DNA of 64,000 nt, from positions 273 through 64,272 of IMG/VR virus record IMGVR_UViG_3300046009_002028, one strand, 5' to 3'. The stretch is from a virus (lineage: Duplodnaviria; Caudoviricetes). The number at the start of each line of letters is the position of its first letter. Within the stretch, counting starts at the first letter, position 1. The notes under the pieces are model-generated. The model made no database searches and was not told the origin of the DNA. It was given only the letters and a program-made list of their open reading frames with translations. A program made the position numbers and the translations under genes. Below are positions 36,908-47,700 of the stretch, piece after piece.

Positions 36908-37373
36908 TATAAAAGCCATCGCCATTGGTGTAGTGCTTTTGGCTACGTTTGTAGCAGGTTGGACAACAAATGGTTGGCGGCACGATGCGCAACTGAAGAA
37001 GGCACTGCAAGAGACCATAGAGCTGCAGAAAGCCTACGATGACTATGCTAGAGAGGTGGCTACTAAATTTCAAAACCAACAAGCAGAGCAAACCATTGTG
37101 TATAGAAACCTAAAAAGGAATATAAAAGATGTTACGGATAACAGGATATGTTTTGCTGACGGCAATGCTCTCAGCGTGTGGAACAGCGCTCTTACAGGGG
37201 ACGTGCCCAAAGCCACCACAGGAACTACTAAAACGACCACCAGCACCGATACCGTTACAGACGAACAAGTCCTTACCAACGTCGTAGAAAACTTTGAGCA
37301 GGCAAAGCAAATACGCGACCAGCTTAATGCATTGATTGACTGGTATGAGAATAACGAAACGATAGGTAAGTAA
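36888..37373 (+). CDS. Rz: Rz-like inner-membrane spanin
   Basis: N-terminal TM segment, GW...GWR, coiled coil, contains a nested lipoprotein gene. Confidence 0.8.
   Translation: MIPLPLNIKAIAIGVVLLATFVAGWTTNGWRHDAQLKKALQETIELQKAYDDYAREVATKFQNQQAEQTIVYRNLKRNIKDVTDNRICFADGNALSVWNSALTGDVPKATTGTTKTTTSTDTVTDEQVLTNVVENFEQAKQIRDQLNALIDWYENNETIGK
37129..37287 (+). CDS. Rz1: Rz1-like outer-membrane lipoprotein spanin nested in Rz, not in ORF track
   Basis: MLRITGYVLLTAMLSAC lipobox, Pro-rich mature part (CPKPPQELLKRPPAP), AAGGA RBS. Confidence 0.85.
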   Translation: MLRITGYVLLTAMLSACGTALLQGTCPKPPQELLKRPPAPIPLQTNKSLPTS

Positions 37374-37374
37374 C

Positions 37375-39321
37375 ATGCCATTATCCAAACTTGTATTTAA
37401 ACCAGGGATTAACAAAGACCAGACTAACTACGCCTCTGAGGGCGGCTGGTCGGATATGGATAAAGTACGCTTTCGTTCAGGCTACCCTGAAAAGATTGGT
37501 GGTTGGATAGTAGAGACCTTTGAGCAATATGCAGGTGAAGCACGGCTTTTATTTGCTTGGGCGTTAACTTCAGGCGCATCTTTGTTATGCATAGGTACAA
37601 ACGAAAAGATATACGTCACTGCAGGTACAACACTGTTTGATATCACTCCGATACGGATAACGTACACAAACCTCACTACACCATCAACTACTAACTGCTT
37701 TGGAACTACTAACGGGTCTACTACAGTATTAGTCACATTAGCTTCTCACGGTGCAGATGAGGGGTCCTATGTTACGTTTAGTGGAGCAGTGGCAGTGGGT
37801 GGGGTAACCGCACCAAACCTAAACAAAGAATTTAAAATTAGCAACGTTACTACAAATACGTTTACCATCACAGTAGCATCTGCAGCAACATCAACGGTAG
37901 CAGCGGGCGGCGGCACAGGAATATCTGCAGCCTTTCAAATTAATATCGGATACGCAAACGTTACTGCTGGTTTTGGTTGGGGTACAGGCACTTGGGGTCG
38001 CGGTACTTGGGGTTCAAGCTCAACAGTACCTATATTTAACAACGCTCGTTTATTCTCCGCGGATAACTTTAACGATGATTTAATAATCAATGTTGCTGAT
38101 GGAAGTATTTATTATTGGGCTTACGACTCTAACTTTGTTACTCGTGCAGTTTTATTGTCGTCACTAGCTGGCGCCACTGCAGTGCCTCAACAAGTAGGAA
38201 CCCTAATATTTGCGCCGTCTGGACATTTAATCGCATTGAGCTGTACTGAATATGATGCTGCGGCAGCTGCCCCTAATTACTTGGGCGCTCTTAATCAGCA
38301 ATTAATTCGATGGGCCGACGTAAACCCGGATACCGGACCTGACCCACTTTATTGGAAACCAGAGTTAACTAACACTGCTGGGTTCTTATACTTGCAATCA
38401 GGCACAAGTATTATTACTGCCTATCATGCTAAACAAGAGACTCTAATCTGGACGGATATATCCCTAACCTCAATGCAATTCTTAGGTACCGCAGAGGTAT
38501 TTGGACTTCAAGAAATCGCTAATGGCGTTTCAATTATAGGGCCTAATACGGTTGCCTCAGCTAACAACGTTATCTATTGGATGGGTAATGATAAGTTCTA
38601 CATATATAACGGTCGAGTAGACACACTACCATGTACGTTAAGGCAATTTATATTTGAGAACATCAACCGTCAACAAGCGCAAACATTCTTTGCGGGTACT
38701 AATAACCAGTTTAATGAGATTATTTGGTTCTACTGCACGGCTAATGCAACTGACATTGATAGGTACGTCATATATAACTACTCAGATAACATTTGGTATT
38801 ACGGAAATATAAACCGGACTGCTTGGGTTGATGCCGGAGTATTCCAATATCCACTCGCCGCGCATAATGGTTGGATATATAGCCATGAGAACGGTAATAA
38901 TGATGGACAGCCCCTAGGTGTTGCGCCATTAGGCATAGACTCGTTTATACAATCAGCTGACGTTGATATTGAAGACGGAGATAAGTTTATGTTAGTCCGT
39001 CGAGTTATTCCAGACATCAACTTTACAAACTCAGAAACTAATAACCCAGTAACGGGTGCACCTATAACGCCGGAAGCTACTGTTACAGTCGGGGTGCGGA
39101 ACTTCCCAGGTGCAGTAAGTTCAGATGTAAATGCATCAGGGCTGCCAACTGATAGACCCGTAGTTACTTCAACTGCAACTGTTAACCAATATACAAACCA
39201 AGTATTTATCAGGGCTCGTGGTCGTCAGATGAACTTTAGGATTGAGTCTAGTAATGTGGGTACACAGTGGCAGTTGGGCTTACCTAGGGTAGATGCTCGT
39301 CCAGATGGAACAAGGGGATAA
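37375..39321 (+). CDS. tail nozzle / DNA stabilisation protein (P22 gp10 or T7 gp12-like)
   Basis: PGI.K..T.Y..EG.W...VRF..G.PEKIGGW N-terminus, beta-propeller-like character, RARGRQ...D.RPDG C-terminus. Confidence 0.8.
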   Translation: MPLSKLVFKPGINKDQTNYASEGGWSDMDKVRFRSGYPEKIGGWIVETFEQYAGEARLLFAWALTSGASLLCIGTNEKIYVTAGTTLFDITPIRITYTNLTTPSTTNCFGTTNGSTTVLVTLASHGADEGSYVTFSGAVAVGGVTAPNLNKEFKISNVTTNTFTITVASAATSTVAAGGGTGISAAFQINIGYANVTAGFGWGTGTWGRGTWGSSSTVPIFNNARLFSADNFNDDLIINVADGSIYYWAYDSNFVTRAVLLSSLAGATAVPQQVGTLIFAPSGHLIALSCTEYDAAAAAPNYLGALNQQLIRWADVNPDTGPDPLYWKPELTNTAGFLYLQSGTSIITAYHAKQETLIWTDISLTSMQFLGTAEVFGLQEIANGVSIIGPNTVASANNVIYWMGNDKFYIYNGRVDTLPCTLRQFIFENINRQQAQTFFAGTNNQFNEIIWFYCTANATDIDRYVIYNYSDNIWYYGNINRTAWVDAGVFQYPLAAHNGWIYSHENGNNDGQPLGVAPLGIDSFIQSADVDIEDGDKFMLVRRVIPDINFTNSETNNPVTGAPITPEATVTVGVRNFPGAVSSDVNASGLPTDRPVVTSTATVNQYTNQVFIRARGRQMNFRIESSNVGTQWQLGLPRVDARPDGTRG

Positions 39322-39323
39322 GT

Positions 39324-39554
39324 ATGGCTTTAAAATCATTTGCACCACCACTTTTGCCATTACCTCCAGCTGAATACTCGCCGCAGTATTTTGACCAGCT
39401 AGTGCGTTCATTAAACTCGTATTTTAGGCAATTAGGCTCGACAAACCCCATTGTTGTTGATAGTATTACACTAAATAATTTACCAACCAGCGCAACAGGA
39501 TTGCCCGTCGGAAGTGTTTGGAACGATGCCGGCACTTTAAAGATAGTTACTTAA
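39324..39554 (+). CDS. small virion protein after the nozzle
   Basis: LP..P.EY...Y..QL...L..YF; LPTS..GL..G.VW.D. Confidence 0.7.
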   Translation: MALKSFAPPLLPLPPAEYSPQYFDQLVRSLNSYFRQLGSTNPIVVDSITLNNLPTSATGLPVGSVWNDAGTLKIVT

Positions 39555-39563
39555 GGATTTATT

Positions 39564-41054
39564 ATGGCAACACGACAAATAGCACAAGGCTTAGCGGGAT
39601 TAGGTCGTTATGGCGACTCAATGTTAATGCATGTCTCACCCGCCGAAGTTGCGGGGATTCAACATCTAGGCAAAATGCATGGTGTATCACTAACAACAAA
39701 CCCACATACGGGGCTACCAGAAGCGTTTAGCTTCGGTAACTTCCTTAAAACAATGGCCCCTACGATTGCTGGTGTCGTGGCAGCTCCGTTTACTGCGGGT
39801 ACATCATTAGCGCTATTAGGTCCAGTTATGGCAGGTGCTGCTACAGGCGCGGGCATTGCCGCTGCTAGTGGTGACAACGTTTTATCTGGTGGGTTGATGG
39901 GTGGCCTAGGTGGTTATGGTGGTGGACAACTAGGTGCTGGCCTATCAGGAATGGGCGCCGCCGCGCCAACAGCACAAGGGGTGGGGACTACAACTCTAAA
40001 TGCCGCACCAGGGGTTGTTGGTGAAACAGTGGCGTCAGCAACACCAGATTTAGTAGCTGCCGCTACTCCGGAAATGGCTAATCAAACAGCAGCAAACATC
40101 GCACAGTATGGAGCTATGGATGGCGGGATGGCTGCCCACCCAACATTTGAAAGTATGGGTCAAGGACTTCGCAACATAGGCCAAGAAGGTAGTTGGGATG
40201 CATTTACAGCAGGTATGGGTGGTACTGGTGCTCCGGTATCTGATACTCGTGCATTAATGGGTATTGGTATGCCACTAGGCGCATCATATCTAGCAGGTAA
40301 CATGCCTACGATGGAACAACCTGATAAAGATAAAGATAAGTATGACCCTAACAAATCACTAAATCTCAGTGGTGATACAGGGCTACGTTTAGCTGGTGGC
40401 GGGATTACAAGTTTATATGGTAGTCAAGATGGCACTCAAGCACAAAACACGCTTAACGAAAATTATGGGTTAGGTCGTTTAAATGACTTATCTAATGCAA
40501 ACGCTATAGAACAAGCTAAGTTCAATAGTAATGGCTATGCGGCTCCAGCACAACAACCATACGGCGGGGCACAATATAACCCACCAACAATGAACCAGCA
40601 AGCTATGCAAATGAATCAACAGCCGCAAATGGGCCAAGTGCAACAGATGGGTGGGTTCGGTGGGTTTAATTCAATGGGGCCACAAAATGCATTCACCCCG
40701 CAGCCTAGATTCGCAAAGGGTGGACTTGCTGATGGTGGGTTTGTAGTACCAGCTGATGTTGTTAGTCATTTAGGTAATGGTAGTACAGATGCGGGACTAA
40801 AACACCTGCACAGAAGCATGGGAGCTAAAGCTATTCGTGGGGCAGGTGATGGTATGTCTGACTCAATTAAAACGACGATTGAAGGCAGGCAACCAGCGCG
40901 TATTGCTGATGGTGAAGCGTATATTCCACCTGAAGTAGTTAAACAACGTGGTGGCGCTAAGAACTTATACAACATGATGAACAAAGTACGTAAGTCACGT
41001 ACAGGTACTACTAAGCAAGGTAAGCAGATTAACCCAAATAAATACACGCCATGA
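39564..41054 (+). CDS. internal virion (ejection) protein
   Basis: GR.GD.ML.H, NP.TGLPEAF, Gly/Ala-rich segments, FVVPADVVS.LGNGS, G.GDG.SDSI, DGE. Confidence 0.75.
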   Translation: MATRQIAQGLAGLGRYGDSMLMHVSPAEVAGIQHLGKMHGVSLTTNPHTGLPEAFSFGNFLKTMAPTIAGVVAAPFTAGTSLALLGPVMAGAATGAGIAAASGDNVLSGGLMGGLGGYGGGQLGAGLSGMGAAAPTAQGVGTTTLNAAPGVVGETVASATPDLVAAATPEMANQTAANIAQYGAMDGGMAAHPTFESMGQGLRNIGQEGSWDAFTAGMGGTGAPVSDTRALMGIGMPLGASYLAGNMPTMEQPDKDKDKYDPNKSLNLSGDTGLRLAGGGITSLYGSQDGTQAQNTLNENYGLGRLNDLSNANAIEQAKFNSNGYAAPAQQPYGGAQYNPPTMNQQAMQMNQQPQMGQVQQMGGFGGFNSMGPQNAFTPQPRFAKGGLADGGFVVPADVVSHLGNGSTDAGLKHLHRSMGAKAIRGAGDGMSDSIKTTIEGRQPARIADGEAYIPPEVVKQRGGAKNLYNMMNKVRKSRTGTTKQGKQINPNKYTP

Positions 41055-41461
41055 AAGAGCTACAGGTAGTTCCAACTGCCTATATCCAGCAAGTTTGGGC
41101 AACGGTTGAAAAGTATTTAGCTGATGGGCTTGTTCAGTCTGGTGGAGAGTATAATGTAGACCAGTTAAAGGTCTTCTTAACTCAAGGGTCACAAGTATTA
41201 TTGATTGTAACGAATGCAGATAAGATTATTGGTGCATTCTCGATTGTGTTTGAAAACTATCCTAATGATAGGATTGCATTTATTACCTCTGTTGGTGGTC
41301 GGATGATAGCTGATAAAGCATTATGGCCCAAGTTTGAAGACTGGTGCCGTAGTCAAGGCGCTACCAAAATTAGAGGTGCAGCATTTGAATCAGTCGCGGA
41401 ATTATGGCGCAGACAATTTGACGTACAAACGAGATACGTCATAGTGGAGAAGAGTTTATGA
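41051..41461 (+). CDS. GNAT-like protein among the ejection genes
   Basis: 136 aa; FI..VGG...W.R..GA..I.G pattern; position like T7 gp13. Confidence 0.55.
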   Translation: MKELQVVPTAYIQQVWATVEKYLADGLVQSGGEYNVDQLKVFLTQGSQVLLIVTNADKIIGAFSIVFENYPNDRIAFITSVGGRMIADKALWPKFEDWCRSQGATKIRGAAFESVAELWRRQFDVQTRYVIVEKSL

Positions 41462-42912
41462 GATACAACCATTTAGATATGTTGCCTGAAAAGGCGTTCC
41501 AACCAGTCGGTAAACGCATGACACTTGAAGGTGGTGGTGGTGGTGGAAGCCAGACTAGCACAGGTACAACATACTCAACTACTTTGCCTGAGTACGCTAA
41601 GCCGTATTACGAAGAGTTATTAAAACAATCTGGTAAAGAAACATTTAAAACAGATAGCTCAGGTACTGTAACTGGCATTAGAGATTTTAACCCGTACACG
41701 GGTGAGCGTGTTGCTGGATTTACTCCCGGACAAACTAATCTACAAAACCAATATGCAGGGTTAACCACACCGACTGGATTTACTAATGCAGCTGCGGGTA
41801 CTACATACGGCAAAAATCTAGGATATGGTGCGGCTGGTGCTGGATTAGGGCAAGCGCTTAACTATCAACCAAGTGGATACAATGCGCAACAAGTAAATGC
41901 TCCTAGTTTACAAAACTTTGGTATGAATGCAGCTCAGTCAGGCTTCAACCCCAACTTGCAAAGTTATCAAATGGCGGGCCCACAAAACGTAGGCTCTCAA
42001 ATCTTTGGCCAAGGCGCGGCGGATTACTATACAAATCCATATCAACAAAATGTAACTAACACTGCATTACGTGAAGCACAACAAAAGGGAGCGCTAGATA
42101 AAAACGCTTTGATGAGTGGGGCAATTGGTCGAGGTACATTCGGTGGCGCTAGAAATGCATTATTGCAAGCAGAACAAAATCGTGGGTTAAATCAACAACT
42201 CGGTGACATTCAAATGCAAGGTAGTCAACAAGGCTATCTAAATGCGCAACAACAGTTCCAAGCCGACCAAGCCCGTAATATGCAAGCACAACTAGCTAAT
42301 CAACAGGCCGGACTAACTACAGGCCAACAAAACCTACAAGCTATGCTACAAACTCAAGGCTTAGGTGCAGGCATTGGTAAAGACGTTGCCTTAGCTAACC
42401 TATCTAGTGCACAACAAGCTAACGTACAAAACCTAGCAGCGCAATTACAAACACAAGGCTTAAGTGCAGATAAAGCGATGCAAGCTGCATTAGCTAACCA
42501 ACAAACAGGGCTAGCAGCTAATGCCCAAAATGTACAAGGGCAACAATACGCTGCTGGATTAGGTAAAGATATAGGACTTGCTGGATTAACTGCGGGCTTA
42601 GATGCATCTAAAACAGAGGGTGCAATTGCAGCAACTGAACAAACAGCTAACCTTGAAAGACTTAAAGCACAATCGACTAATGCGGCTGAGCAACAAGCGT
42701 ACCAACAAAAAATTGATGACCTTAAATATCAACAATTTATGGAAGCGCAAGACTACCAGAAAAAACAACTTGAGTTCTATAGCAATATATTACGCGGTAA
42801 TGCAGGTGCATTAGGCTCAACTCAAGTAAACTACGTACCCCAAGCTTCCCCAATATCGCAGGTTGCCGGTGCAGGTCTAGCAGGCTTAAGTGCCTACAAC
42901 TTAATGAAATAG
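41458..42912 (+). CDS. internal virion (ejection/pilot) protein
   Basis: Poly-Gly near the N-terminus, LPEYA.PY, Y.G.RVA.F, Y.NPY, G.FGG.R, Gln-rich, hydrophobic C-terminus. Confidence 0.75.
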   Translation: MRYNHLDMLPEKAFQPVGKRMTLEGGGGGGSQTSTGTTYSTTLPEYAKPYYEELLKQSGKETFKTDSSGTVTGIRDFNPYTGERVAGFTPGQTNLQNQYAGLTTPTGFTNAAAGTTYGKNLGYGAAGAGLGQALNYQPSGYNAQQVNAPSLQNFGMNAAQSGFNPNLQSYQMAGPQNVGSQIFGQGAADYYTNPYQQNVTNTALREAQQKGALDKNALMSGAIGRGTFGGARNALLQAEQNRGLNQQLGDIQMQGSQQGYLNAQQQFQADQARNMQAQLANQQAGLTTGQQNLQAMLQTQGLGAGIGKDVALANLSSAQQANVQNLAAQLQTQGLSADKAMQAALANQQTGLAANAQNVQGQQYAAGLGKDIGLAGLTAGLDASKTEGAIAATEQTANLERLKAQSTNAAEQQAYQQKIDDLKYQQFMEAQDYQKKQLEFYSNILRGNAGALGSTQVNYVPQASPISQVAGAGLAGLSAYNLMK

Positions 42913-42921
42913 GATTAAATT

Positions 42922-44730
42922 ATGAACTTAATTAGCCAAATAGCTAAACTACCTCATTTAAGCGACGACCAACTTAAGGCCTATATTTCAGATAAGGGTA
43001 ACCCACTTAGCCCATTTGCATTAGCAACTTTACAAAGCAAGGCTATTGCACGTAAGAAATTTGGCGCACCTGAAGCCCCTAAACAAACTGTTGCTGACCA
43101 AGTAGAAGCTGAAGCAGATGCCCCATTAGGCGCAGGTATTGCTGGGCTACAACCACAAGGCGCACCGGCCCAAATGCCACCCCCACAAGGCGCACCAATG
43201 GCGCCCCCACCAATGCCTATGCAACAGCCTCCAATGCCTCAAGGTATGGCAGGTGGTGGTATGGTTGCGTTTGATGAAGGCGGTGTAGCTTCACTTCCAC
43301 TACGTGATGATATGTTCAATGAAGACAGCTATGCTAAGGGCGGTATTGTTGGAGGTGTGCAGCATTTTGCCAATAAAGGTAGTGTTGATTATTATGGGTT
43401 AACACAAGAGAAATTTGATGCATTACCACCAGAACAACAGCAACAGTACTTCGAATCGTATTATGGCGGAGCTGGGCTTAAAAATGCGGGTAAAGCGTTA
43501 TACTCTATCCCTGCAGGAATTGCCGAGTCTTTTGTAGGCGTAGGCACTGATATTAATAATTTGATGCTTCCAGTAGGTAAAGCACTTGGATTAACTCACC
43601 CCACAGCAAAACCGTTATCACAACCAGACTACATCCCTGAAATGCAATCATTTCCACGGTCAAAAGAAGAATTTAGAGCTGGGTTACCCCCAGCAACAGC
43701 TAAAGCAACAGCTAAGCCAGCAGTTAGACCAGTTGCTCCAACAAGTGAATTAGCAAAAGAAAAGCCTGCGGCTGTGGATACTCCAAAAGTAGACCCCGCA
43801 AAATCAGTTAACCCAATGAAAGAGTTACTAGCCGCACAAGCTAGTTCAGCATCACCCTACACAATTGACAAAGCTGTCATAGAAAAGATTAAATCCCCAG
43901 CCGCGTTTGATAGAACTGCGTACAATCAAGAACGTAGACAAGCAATGATAGACGCTGGCGTTGACCCTGAGTTCTACGACAAGCAAACTGCTAAAAACGA
44001 AACGCAACGTGAAGCACTTAAAGGTGAAAGAACCGATGCGGGTTGGACTGCAGCATTACGCGCAGGTTTAGGCATGATGGGCGGCACATCACAAAACCCT
44101 TGGACAAATATCGCTGAAGGTGCAACGGCTGGGTTAACTCAGTATGGTACTGACATTAAAGACATAAAATCCGAAGAGAAATTACTTCGTGCCGCTGATG
44201 ATAAACTTGCCGAAGCCCAATACCTACAAGGTCGTGGTGACGCTGAAGGCGCACTAAAAGCAATGAAAGACCGTGAGACACTTATAGCTAGCGTAGACGC
44301 AATGAACGTGCAGGCTGCAAATGTTAATGAGACTGCGTTTGCTGGTGATAAGAATAAAATGCGCGGTGATGTGTTTAAAAACGAGCAAGAGAATAAAAGG
44401 CTTGCAATTGCACAAGCTGGTGAGACTGCGCGTTCACAAAATCAAATTGCTGCAACTGAACGTGCGACAAAAGCTACGCAAGATTTAAATCTTACATTTA
44501 AGCAACAAGAGTCGTATAATAAAGCTATTGATAATACTAATGCGGCGTTAACCCTTCAGTATGGCGCAGGGTTTGGTGCTACGCTATCTGCAGATGAATA
44601 TAGTAAAATATATAATACTGAGCTAAGAAATCAGCAAGCTCAGTTAGGGTTAAAACCATTAGTGTCCAACGCATCTATTTCAGGACTGCCAGAAGGAGCT
44701 GCATATAGAGGCTCGAGACCGGCTAAGTAA
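42922..44730 (+). CDS. internal virion (ejection) protein
   Basis: MAGGG.VAFDEGG and YAKGG motifs; helical C-terminal half. Confidence 0.7.
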   Translation: MNLISQIAKLPHLSDDQLKAYISDKGNPLSPFALATLQSKAIARKKFGAPEAPKQTVADQVEAEADAPLGAGIAGLQPQGAPAQMPPPQGAPMAPPPMPMQQPPMPQGMAGGGMVAFDEGGVASLPLRDDMFNEDSYAKGGIVGGVQHFANKGSVDYYGLTQEKFDALPPEQQQQYFESYYGGAGLKNAGKALYSIPAGIAESFVGVGTDINNLMLPVGKALGLTHPTAKPLSQPDYIPEMQSFPRSKEEFRAGLPPATAKATAKPAVRPVAPTSELAKEKPAAVDTPKVDPAKSVNPMKELLAAQASSASPYTIDKAVIEKIKSPAAFDRTAYNQERRQAMIDAGVDPEFYDKQTAKNETQREALKGERTDAGWTAALRAGLGMMGGTSQNPWTNIAEGATAGLTQYGTDIKDIKSEEKLLRAADDKLAEAQYLQGRGDAEGALKAMKDRETLIASVDAMNVQAANVNETAFAGDKNKMRGDVFKNEQENKRLAIAQAGETARSQNQIAATERATKATQDLNLTFKQQESYNKAIDNTNAALTLQYGAGFGATLSADEYSKIYNTELRNQQAQLGLKPLVSNASISGLPEGAAYRGSRPAK

Positions 44731-44746
44731 CGTATAAAGGGTTTGT

Positions 44747-47700
44747 ATGGCAAAAAACATGCTTTATGATTTTGAAGCTAATGGACGTATTTATACATTT
44801 GAAGGTCCAGAAGGGCTTGACCCAACTGCGTTTTCTTCAGCATTACAGCAACAAATTGCAATTGACAACGCACCAAAAACAGGTGGTATGGGTGAAGCCT
44901 TTAAAGGTACGGCTAAACGCTTGCTATCTTCCGGTAGAACCGCGCTTGAGTCTGTAATTGACCCTGATAAAGCAGCAGTCGCTGGGCTTGAACGCCAAAA
45001 GGCCATTACTGAATTACCCGGTGGTAGCTTAGCTGAAGTTCAACGTATCTACGAGGAACAAGGCATATTACCTGCTGCATGGGAAGGCCTTAAACAAGCA
45101 CCAGCTGTTATCTCTGGGCAAATACCCCAACTAGGTGGAATGTTTGCTGCAGGAACTGCCGCTGCCGCCGTAACCCCTCCAGTACTACCAATTGTTGGGC
45201 CATTCGCTAAACCTATTGCAGGTGTATTAGGTGGCCTAGCGTCATTAGCTATTCCTCAAACCGGTACGAATATAGAGCGTCAAGCGCAAGTACAACAAGA
45301 AGCTGGGCTACCAGTAGATGTTAGTATGGCAAAAGCAGTCCCTGCAGCAATAGGTTCCGCAGCATTAGACCAAGTTGCATTGTTAGCGGGTGGACTAGGT
45401 AAAGTACTGGGCATTGGTGTTAAAGAACTTGGCACTGTAGCTGCAGAAAGAATTGCTAAAGAATCGCTATTAAAAGCTAGCACTAAAGGCGTTGGTAAGA
45501 CAGCCCTAGCCGAAATGCCAACCGAAGTATCTCAACAAATGCTTGAACGTGCACAAGCAGGCTTACCATTAACTACACCAGACGCAATACAAGAATACGC
45601 TGACGCTGCGTATCAAGCACTGTTAATGTCACCACTAGGCGGGTTAGGTGGAGTAAGTTCACGCAGCCAAGCCAAAGGCCAAGTAGCTGCAGCCCAAGCA
45701 CTTAAAGACCAAGCAGCAGCTGATAAAACCTATGCAATAGAACAAGCTAAAGGGTTTAGAGACCAAGCGCGTGAAGACCGTGCAGGCACACAGGCCGTTC
45801 AAGAAGAGATTGCAAGACAAGCTACCGAGACTAAACAGCAGGCAGTGGATGTGCTACAACAAGTAGCTGCTAAGAAACAAGCTGAAGCAGGTATCCCAGC
45901 AGTTAACGACTTAATGCAAACAAAAGAAGGCGCATCGCAACTTCTATCAGACAAGGGATTGTTTGAATATCACTTCCCCAAAACACAATATACCGCAGAC
46001 GATATCAAACAACTTAAAAACGATATCCGTGCTCGCCGCAACACACTACCGTCACAAGAGTCTATTGCACGGGCTACTACACAGGCTGAGTTAGAGCAAA
46101 CATTCGCGGTTGACCCGAACACAATTACCCCCGAACTAATAGATATGTGGGGTATAACTAAGGGTAACAAAAAACTACGCAATAAATTGTTAGCTGTGAG
46201 CGACTTAACTGTTCCTGATAACAAAGTTAAAGCAACTGAATTACTAGAAGATTACAAACAAACTGCATCAGCAAAACAACTTAGCGCTGCTGAAACGGCT
46301 ACGCAACATATTGCGAACCTAGAACCAGTGTCTGTGGAGGCCCCAAATGTTGGACTTAACGAGCGAACAAATAGAGCAAGCGTTCCAGTTCTTGATGAAC
46401 GGGGACAAGTATCCCCCGCTGGAATTGCAGGAGTTGAGCCAGCTACACTGGGCGATGTTGGAGACAGCACTGGACTTCTTACTGATGGAACAGAGCAGCA
46501 GCCAGCTGCATTAGTAGAAGAATCACCTGCGGCAGTGCAGGCGCGTGTTCAAGCCCGTATCCTTGAGAAACGTCAGGCAGAAGAAGCAGCACGTGCAGAA
46601 GAAAAGGCAGCTAACTTAGCAGCAGTGCAGGCAGAACAAAAAGTAGCTAGGGGTAAAATAATTGCCCCAACAGCCGCCCCAGAAATCGCGCCAGATATCC
46701 AACAAGATGTCGCCGAAACACAGGCACGTGAGGCAGAGTTAAGCCCATTAGCTGACACTGAGTCAACACTGATTGAACCATACGCACCAGCAGACGAGAA
46801 TATCCTTGCGTCAGCGGCAGGCAAAAAGAAAGCGCGTAAACCAAAATACGCAATGCCAGAACGCATTGAGCCTAGTGATACTTCAGCATCTGTTGAAGCT
46901 ATTCAAACGGAATTAAACACCCTATTTACCCCACAACAACTCAAAGCACGTCCACCTGTTGTCGTTGATACGGTTGAAGAGTTACCTGCAAACTTGCAAG
47001 CTGAAGCTACTGAAGCCGATGCCGCTGCGTTCGTAGACCCAACTACTAAACAAGAATACTACGTTGCTAGTAAGATACCTAGCAATGACATTCGCGGTAA
47101 AATCCAGCATGAACGTGGTGCGCACGTTGGGCTAACCAAGCTAATTGGTAAAGACAGAGTTAATGCGCTTGCTAACCGTGTGCTTACATGGGCTACCGAA
47201 GTGGGTGGTAAAAAGATAGAGCATGTCATTGCTAGAGAGGCGCATGAGAAAGCCCTCATGTCAGGGGAAACAGAAGGGTCTGAACGCTACAACCAAGAAG
47301 TAATTGCGTACTTTACAGAGATTGCAGTTAACCGTTATGGTATTGACCCACTAAAAGCGCAGCCTAAAGAGTTTGCAAAAGTTGCTGGTTGGTTGAAAGA
47401 ACTATGGAACGGCATACTAGCTACGCTTAAAAAACTGCATTACGACCCAAGCAAACTAACTGCTAAAGAAATCGTAGACCTTGTATACGGTGCAGCACGT
47501 ATTGCAAACAAAGCAGAACCAAGCGCGGTAGGTGTGCAGGCTGAAGCGACACCAACATTATCGGATAATGATTTAACAATACTAGTCGGGTTATTGCAAT
47601 CTCCCACCCCACATGAATCAAAAGAATCTACGGGTCCTGAAACTAGCACTAAGATACAGTCATCATCAGCTTCTAGTATGATGCATGACCTAGGGTTCAA

